Source: Camelus dromedarius
Lineage: Eukaryota
Direction of reading: 5' to 3'
Length of the DNA: 64,000 nt
Assembly (NCBI RefSeq): GCF_036321535.1
Contig: NC_087437.1
Span: forward strand, 105,650,001-105,714,000
The notes below the pieces were generated by a model, which had not been told where the DNA came from, made no database searches, and worked only from the letters and a program-made list of their open reading frames with translations. Each line of letters opens with the position of its first letter. Within the stretch, counting starts at the first letter, position 1. The position numbers and the translations under genes were made by a program. This document shows, in pieces, positions 55,745-64,000 of the stretch.

Positions 55745-56000
55745 GCATACGTGTATTTAGCACTGTTTTATTTAAAACTGTTTTAGGTACTTTTAAAGTT
55801 TTAACTCACTCAAATCCTCACAACAGCCCTACAAGGTAAATACTATTCCACTGTGCTGTGTCCATCTGTACATCACATTGTGCAGATGAGGAGAATGAAG
55901 TGCAGAGAAGGTAAGTAGCTTGGCCAAGGTCACACAACTAGGGAAAGGAAGAGTTTGATTTGAAATCAGGCAATCTGGCTGCATTCTTTGCTCTTAAATA
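55745..56000 (-). mobile_element. MIR
   Basis: 'aatcctcacaacagccctacaaggta...gcagatgaggagaatgaagtgcagagaaggtaagtagcttggccaaggtcacacaactag'. Confidence 0.85.
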
Positions 56001-56787
56001 GTATCTTTCATTTTTATTCAAACTAAATAAGCACAGTTGGTACAGCATTTATGTTAAACAACAGAATTGTGTTTTAGAAAATAATAGAGATTTGAGTCAT
56101 GACTTTTTTCCCAAGGGATTTGAAAACAAACACAGATATCCATATAAGTAAGTAGATATATTTACTTTGGCTTTCTTAACTGAAAAACAGAAATTCTATT
56201 TATTAATACCTTAGGAGGATGTGACAAGCTCTCAGGATATGGACTGTAGTGTCTTCTTATTTTTTTAATCTCTTGGTCCTAGTAGAGCACTTGATATAGC
56301 ACGAGCTGATGCTCCATGAGAGTGCTGAGTGAATGAATGTGTGTGTGGAAGTTACCGTGTGGTTTTCGTATGTTCTGCCCCATGAACATGAGCTCATAAT
56401 GATTAGGAAGAGATGAACCTTGTCCTAATTGTTTCCTGTCATGAGGATTCCCTCTGATACATCTGGGAATTCTAGAAGGCTTTCTAGTTACAGTCTAGGA
56501 GACCTTAGTAAAGCAGTTTCCTCCACAGACTTTGAGTTAGGTATGTCAGTTTTCTTAAGGAGATCAGAAGAATTTAAGCCTATATTGAAATGGTTAGTTT
56601 CCTCCTTCATTTATTAAAAAATTTCCCTCTCTACTAGCCTGAGCATGAGGGGATATTTCTCTGATCTTACCTGTGATAACCTGATAGAGCTCTTAGAGGT
56701 AAAATTCACAAAAATGTGGGAGTCCCCTGGACTGGGCCTCAGTAGTTTTAACTGTGGTTCACATGGAATCACCAGCAATTTGTTCCC

Positions 56788-58049
56788 TAACACCATAAAC
56801 AAAAATAAACTTAAAGTGGATTAAAGACCTAAATGTAAGACCAGATATGATAAAGCTCCTAGAGGAAAACATAGACAGAACCCTCTTGGACAAAAATCAC
56901 AGCAATGTATTTTATGAACCAGTTCCTAGAGTAATGGAAATAAGAGCAAAAATGAAAAAATGGGATCTAATTAAACTTAAAAGCTTTTGCACAGCTAAGG
57001 ATACCATCAACAAAATGGAAAGACAACCTACAGAATGGGGGAACATATTTGCAAATGATGCGACCAACAAGTGACTAGTTTTCAAAATATACAGCAGCTC
57101 ATATGGCTTAATAAATAAAAAAAAATGGGCAAAAGACCTAAATAGACATTTCTCCAAAGAAAACATCCAGATGACCAACAATTACATGAAAATATGTTCA
57201 ATTTCACTAATAGAGAAATGCAAATCAAAACTACGATGAGGTATCATCTCACACCAGTCAGAATGGCCACCATTAAGAAATCTACAAATAATAAATAGTA
57301 GACAGGGTGTGGAGAAAAAGGATCCCTCCTACACAGTTGGTGGGAATTTAAATTGGTACAACCTCTATGGAAAACAGTACGAAAGTTCCTTAAAAATCTA
57401 AAAATAGACTTACCATATGATCCAGCAATCCCATTCCAGGGCATATATTCAAGAAAAATATAATTTGAAAAGACACATGCACCCTAGTGTTCACAATAGC
57501 ACTGTTTACAATAGACAAGACATGGAAACAACCTAAATATCCATCAACAGATGACTGAATAAAGAAGCTGTGGTTATATACACACTGGAATACTACTCAT
57601 CCACAAGAAGTAAAATAATGCCATTTGCGGCAACATGGATGGACCTGGAGATTATCATTCTAAGCGAAGTAAGCCAGAAAGAGAGAAGAATACTATATGA
57701 TATTGCTTACATGTGGAATCTATAAAAAAGAAGAGATAAATGAACTTACTTACAAAACAGAAAGAGATTCACAGACATAGAGAACAAACTTTCAGTTACC
57801 AGGGGCTAAGGTGGGTGGGAAGGGATAAATTGGGAGTTTGAAATTTGCAGATACTACCTACTATATACAAAATAATTAAAAAGTTTGTACTATATAGTTC
57901 ATGGAACTATATTCAATATCTTGTAGTAACTGTAACAAAATAGAATATGAAAACAAACTTATGTATGTATTTGCATAACTGAAACATTACACTGTACACC
58001 AGAAACTGACACAACATTGTAAACTGACTGCACATCAATAAAAAAAAAA
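56788..58049 (+). mobile_element. 5'-truncated L1 (cetartiodactyl/camelid type)
   Basis: ORF2 peptide 'IKLLEENI...KWDLIKLKSFCTAKDTINKMERQPTEW', a full 3' UTR, and AATAAA with poly(A) at about 58037-58049. No TSD seen. Confidence 0.93.
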
Positions 58050-58445
58050 TCTATTGTGTTGGATGATAGTATAAAATGTACTTGGAGAGATTCAAAAGGC
58101 TCCAAGATTTGAGCTCTTATGTATGTCTTTTCCTTACACATGCCTGTGACTGGTGGGACATTCATCAGAAACAGCGTCAGCAACTTTAGTCAAACTTCCC
58201 ATCAATGCCTGTGGCCAGTTTGCCCTAGCTAGAGTGGATGATTTCATTAATTTTTTTTGAAATTTTTATTTGTGATTCTCTGATGCCAAAAAGTCTATCT
58301 TGAAAGTATCAGAGATTATTCTCATTTGATTTGCAAAAATTTTTTTCCAATATCTCTTTCTGATACTAGAATAAAAAATGATATTTTGTATTACTCACTT
58401 CAAACCTTTCATGAGGGCTAGGATCTTAGCAATGGCTGCCTATGC

Positions 58446-58494
58446 AAAACAAAACAAAACAAAACAAAACAAAACAAAACAAAACAAAACAAAA
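58446..58494. repeat. (AAAAC)9 pentanucleotide microsatellite
   Basis: Nine perfect units plus AAAA, read directly. Confidence 0.95.
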
Positions 58495-61400
58495 TAATAA
58501 TTACCAGTCAGTACATTTACTTTAACCTTCATGTAAGCTCTTTTGTGTGTGTTTTACCTTTATATCAGCCACTTCTTTGGAAGGTTTAAAGGACTTAAAA
58601 GTACTTTAAATTATTGAAAATTTTTACTGTATGAGATCAAACACAGTTACTTCCAAGCATTCCAAAATCAGGGACTACTTGATATGTATACATACAACTG
58701 GTGTATTTTTCAATCCCCTTATCTACATTTGTGAACACTGAAATCTTCCACTTGCGTAGATTTTTTTCTTAGTAAAGAGTCACGTACTAGGGGTGAGTTG
58801 AGGTCTGTTGATGCCTATCTATCCTGATAGTTTCCTTTACCGGTCTTAAACTGTGAGCCATCAACAAGCAAGATCAAATCTGGATTTCTTTTTATAAGAG
58901 TTTTTAATAAATCTGCTCAAGGTCAGTCAGTTTTTCAGACAAATGCTAGAAAGTCATTAGTTTTTTCATTGTTTAGGTAGTGGAAGAAGACTAACAAGAG
59001 TTCAAAGTATTAGGAATGGAAACTGATGAAGAGAAAATAAGAGGATTTTATAGCACAAGCCTATTTTTCGAGGAAAAAAATGTGTACATTCAGTAAGTAA
59101 AAAAGATTCCACACTACCAAGGACCATGTAGTTTAGGGGAAACTTTAAAATAAAGCAGCATAAAGTTTTATGAGTTTAGATGTAGCTATTACATTGAAGC
59201 AAAGTGGGGAGATTACCATTACTAGTTCAAATGAAAAGCACTTGATCATTGATGATTTCTATAAAGTTGAGTCATCATATCAAGGGCTTCTCCAGATCAC
59301 TCTACCAGTATGTACATAGGTCTGTGATTATAAGGTAGATTCAAAGCTGGGAGTTTTTGAAGTGCTAATTTTAAATTGCATAGTCTTTCATATTTTTAAA
59401 CTTCCTAAGGAATAATTTCTGAATTACTAAGGATTTGGTTAAGTCAAATATAAGCATGACAATTGCAAAAAATTTAGTAATAGATTTTCTACAGGAACCA
59501 GTGGGATTCAAAAATCATCTTGATTATCTTTAAGAGACCAAGAGTGTTTAAATTGTAATCTGTCAGAAATGAGATAAATGTCTCCTTTGGCTAAATCATG
59601 TTTTTTTTTATATAAAAATGTAAATTTTCCTTTGGAAACTTAAAATCCTTTTGGAATTCAAACAATAAGTTGATAAATATAATCAATGGTTCATTTCATA
59701 ATTAGAATATAGTAATTGATCATCCACATAAGGATACTTAAGTTCTTAAGAGTTTGAATACTTCTTCAAATTATTTGAAGGAAAAAGGAAATGTCTCAGT
59801 AATCCAAATACACTGTTGATGTTCCCAGGAAAAGGAAGACAAATATTGACTATTTAACAAATTAAAGAAGATAGAACACTGATCAATAATTATAATGTAA
59901 CACAAAGGATAAAACAGTTTTTGAACTCAATACCACAAGGAAGTGTAGAACGATTATTTCATTATGGCCCTGCCTGGCATGCTTAATACTTTAATAGCCT
60001 CTTCAGATGGTTTCTTTGCTGGAAGGATATGATTATAACTAGATAGCGCAAGGTATTATAATCCCCTACTCTGCAAAGCTATCAAATATTGGTTTTAATC
60101 TTTCTTTAATTTCTAGTTTTAAAGGGTGATGTGAAAGCTTGCATAAAGTTGTTGACACATAAATCAGTACCATCTTTAATTTGGGCTTGATTTAGACACA
60201 TGAGAGTTGCTAAGTCAATATTCAAAATAGCTATGGCCTGATTATAAATAGGGGTGTCCTTGTAGTTTACAAAAGGCAAAAAGGACTACATCAGAGAGCA
60301 TTTGATCTGAGAATTCTATTTGCACAGAAAACCTCTCCTCAAATTAGCAGATGTGATGTCACAAGAGAGGAAAGACTATCCTTCAATTAGATAGTCTTCT
60401 AGGCTGAAGGGTGGGGGGAAATCTGAATATTATGAGATACCTGCCACTTGATTAGGTTTATGACTCTGAGGAACAAGTTGTGTTTGTTTAAAAGGTGTAA
60501 GGTAAATGTGACATCCAAATTAATCATACATTTTTCAATCTCTTTAAACATTCACATAAAAGTTCTCATTGTGAATTTAAGTGCAAAATAGTAACTTGGG
60601 CTCTTGTTTCCCCCTTGAGCACTGGCATTGATCATCAACCTTTTTTTTTTCTTTTTCCACTCAGTGTTTTAGCCAGTATTAGAGAATTGTTTTTCCAATG
60701 TTTCCATTTATCACCTCTACACTTGGTATTTATTAAAAGCCTCCCTCACCCTAATGATTAATAACTGGAATGGGAGCATCTAATTGCTTTACTGTAAGGC
60801 CAACAACTTACATTCTGGATCCTTCTATACTTCGGCTACAAGTCTCTTTCAAAATATCCACAGAGGAGTTGGAGATCTAGTAATAGAGCTAAATCTCAGT
60901 GTAATATTTGACATTATATTCTCTATTTCTGACTTATAGCTGTTCGCAAAAAAAGGAAAGAATATCTGGGTTCACATGTGCTTCTGGATCACCTGCTTAA
61001 TGCTACCTAAAGGTGTTAAAAACCTATTTGTGAAATTTCCAATGAACTAATTCTGTCTTTACCTGTATGGATAAGTTAGAATCCAATCTACTTTCAAAGT
61101 AAAGACACTGGGGTTAATCTCCAAAACATCTTAAAGAATGTGTACAGCTTTTCTAAACTTCTCTGACTTTCAGTGTAGTGGGTGCAGTGAGTTGGGGGGA
61201 AGATTCTCTCACAACACCATCAGGGATTTCCGCTTTGCCTTTTTCATCCAATTATTTGCACTTAAGGTCTCTACTACCTTAAGAAAAAATAAATATGGAG
61301 TGTGGGGCTCTATATCTCCTTAGATCTATTCTAAATTCTTCTGTGATTTTTTTTTCTTTTATGTCTAGGCTTTGGAAAGTTCTTTACAAGAATGAAACTA

Positions 61401-61906
61401 AGGGTTAAAATCAGCCTTTAAGAGCGTGCTCTAGTCTGAAGGAGGTTTAATTTAAAAAGATAATTTAGATATGAATGTTTGTTGTTAAGCAAAGGGGAGA
61501 AGAAGTAGGTCAGAAGGAGGGTCAGAGCACAGCATAATGGAAGACTATAATGGAGAAAAAAAGGAACAGTGGAATAAGGTGTAGTAGGTTTGAGTTGTGT
61601 TTCAGGAATATGAAAAAGAAAGATGGTTTTATACTTTTCACATGTTTCATTTGAATCAGCTACAAAATCTTTTGCAAAAGTGATTTTGGAATCTGGATTT
61701 CCTTTGTAACCTTCCTCCTAGTAATCAAAAGTACTGATCTTTGAATGTTTGGAATCACATTTTTTTTTTTTTTTGGTTCTAATGCCCTTCTCAAATGAAT
61801 AATTTTGATCATATTGAAAGTTCCTCAACATTTCCACTGTAATTGTAATTTATCTTTGATAAATTATGTACTTTAGAAGATAAAGACAAAATTAAGTTTA
61901 TAGAGC

Positions 61907-62247
61907 TGTTGAACTAAAACAAATAGACTTCCAGATATTTCTCTAGCAAAGATGATTTTATTCAGAATCAGCAGAGAATTGTGAATTGGGGTCTACAACA
62001 ACCATGGTGAGTCACAGGCAAGTCCCTGCATGACAAGGGAAGGAAAAAGCTTTCATAGAGGGAAAGGGAAATTGTTAGAGATGTTGTAAACTAGGAGTCC
62101 ATGGCTTTACATTGGCTAAGTCTTTCCCAAGATAGAAGTCTCTCTTCTTCCAAATGGGCTCTGTAATCATTGCAGGGAATGACAGCTCCCCCTTCTGGTC
62201 TCCTGACTCTATTTAATTGAGGTTTCTGCTTTTTAATTTGTTTTGCA
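61907..62247 (-). mobile_element. ERV1-like 3' LTR
   Basis: TGT...GCA termini, minus-strand AATAAA (tttatt near 61957) and CCAAT (attgg near 62111). Abutted by a polypurine tract. Confidence 0.75.
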
Positions 62248-63060
62248 TTTCCTCCTTTGGATCAAGAACTTTCTTTGAAAGCATCAGTGATCAGGAGTCA
62301 AGTTTTCTAGTTTCACTGGCTTTTTGTTTGTCCCTTGGTGTCAGGAAGGACTTTTCCTGGATGTAGTGGTTAATGTCAGAGGGAAAATGCACAATGGAAG
62401 ACCTATTGAAGTCACATTTCTGTAGCAAGAGGGGTAAGAGGGAAAACTCTTAAGATAATTTTTATATAAAATTCTCATGTTATCAAGATCATAGACATTG
62501 GAGGTGATCTGAAGCCCTATATCATCATTAAAGATGTGGCAACAAACTTCCAATAGACCAGATCCAGATATTTTTGAAAAGTTGCCTCATCTGATGTCAT
62601 CTGCTTCAATTCTGAGAAATCTTTGCTTTCAGGTCACCAGATCGTGTGCAGTTTCAGTCAGGATTCAGTGGGTTTTTTAGGTGTGTCACTCAAGAGTCTG
62701 TTCCTTGGAGTTGGTAGCATAGGGTTGGTTAATAGTACCTGATAGAAGCCTCTTCAGCAACATTAAAGAGACTTCTTCTGGAAGTGTCATTGCCAATAGA
62801 GAGAATCTCCAGGTTGCAAGGTGTAATGCTTAGGGCCTTCATCTCCCAAAGACACACTGTGGAAAGATTGCTTTACCAAAGCATGGGTTATTTTTAATAG
62901 ATGCAATTAGGCCTTCACAGTATACTTTTTTATCTACTGCCTGTATGCAGCACGTTTTAGAGGAAAATTTCAGAACTTTATTTAGAGATTTATATAATAC
63001 AACTTGAAGGGAGGCCCTACTTCTTCTAAACAGAAAAAAGTCAGTCAGGTAACATCTCAA
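62248..63060 (-). mobile_element. ERV internal 3' remnant with polypurine tract
   Basis: 62248-62258 reads AAAGGAGGAAA on the minus strand, immediately before the LTR's TG. The right boundary is uncertain. Confidence 0.5.
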
Positions 63061-63489
63061 GTTTTCTTGCAGTGATGAAATTTCCTCCCTTTTACTTGTA
63101 TCTTGAAAAAGTGACTCAAAAAAGGTTCATGTGCAAGAATAAAAACATATGAAAGAAGAGACACGTAGGCAGAATGAATGGAACTTACATTACCAATTAT
63201 TAAATATAAAATAAATCTATAATAATTAAAATAGTATGACATCTATTTTGGCAGAACATTCAAATGAAGGACTAACTGAAAAGAAGACATACCTTAAAGC
63301 TAGAGCCTAGGACATACAAAACTAGAATATAGTGAAAGAAATATTACAATTAAGAATTTTAAAAAGGAATTACTCAGTACATGACTTTAAAAGGGTTGGG
63401 GAACTGGGATTGAGGAGGAGGAAGAGTTGGGTAACTGGGGTCGGGGGTGGAAGAACAAGTGAGATCCTCACTTACAATTGTACAATACT

Positions 63490-63700
63490 GCAGAAAATAA
63501 GACATGAGATCTGGGTTCAGATCCCATTCCCATGGTGTCCTCACTATGCAACCTTGAAAAGACTGATGAACCCTCCAAGCTGCAATTAAGAGTTATAAAT
63601 TTCTGGTATAATTGTTAAGTTTCAGATTTTCAATGCCTAAAAAACAACAGCATGGTTCCTGGCACATAGAATGTGCTTTTATATGACGGCTAATTTAATA
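63490..63700 (+). mobile_element. MIR/L2-type relic
   Basis: 'agatctgggttcagatccca...ctcactatgcaaccttg' and 'cagcatggttcctggcacatagaatgtgct'. Confidence 0.5.
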
Positions 63701-64000
63701 TAGTTAAATAAAATTACAAAAAGTTCTACAAGAAATTTTAGGTTAGCATGTATCTGAACATGGCATTTTAAGGTATGAAGATAACCAAAGCATAGAGATA
63801 AAAGGATCAGATTAGGCCATACAAAAATTATATGCAAATTTGAAGGGAAATATGTAGGGCATCATCTGAAAAATGTACCTAAAATCAAAATAGAAAAATG
63901 TGCAGAGCTGGATATAATTCTAAAAAAAATTAAGTAGAAATAAAAAAATTTATCTCATCAAATTTACAAAGTTTAAAAAAAAATGCATGCTTATAACTAT

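Noticed and set aside
1..64000. A novel multi-gene system, CRISPR array or operon
   Set aside because: The DNA is eukaryotic and repeat-rich. It has no regularly spaced repeat-spacer array, no long ORFs and no recognisable non-transposon protein.

Overview
AT-rich, CpG-poor mammalian non-coding DNA, probably intergenic or deep intronic. It is probably camelid: a tRNA-derived SINE at 49418-49548 and the young L1 3' ends resemble camelid/cetartiodactyl types, judged from memory and not from a search. I find no supportable protein-coding gene, RNA gene or CRISPR array, and no new multi-gene biological system. The ORF track consists of decayed L1 ORF2 pieces, antisense repeat frames and chance ORFs. 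The window is a mosaic of L1s of several ages, solo ERV LTRs (four in the first 4.5 kb), MaLR/ERVL LTRs, hAT-type MERs, L2/MIR relics, microsatellites and a 3' LTR with polypurine tract and internal ERV sequence. The most interesting directly visible structures are: (1) a perfect 133-bp copy of unique sequence from 1952 bp downstream that interrupts an old L1; (2) a TSD-bounded chimeric L1 joining a young 3' UTR to an old-type tail; (3) a solo LTR with a duplicated terminus; (4) a small GC-rich patch with CTCF-like and GC-box motifs. Repeat family names are recalled from memory and need RepeatMasker/Dfam confirmation. Boundaries of old repeats are approximate.
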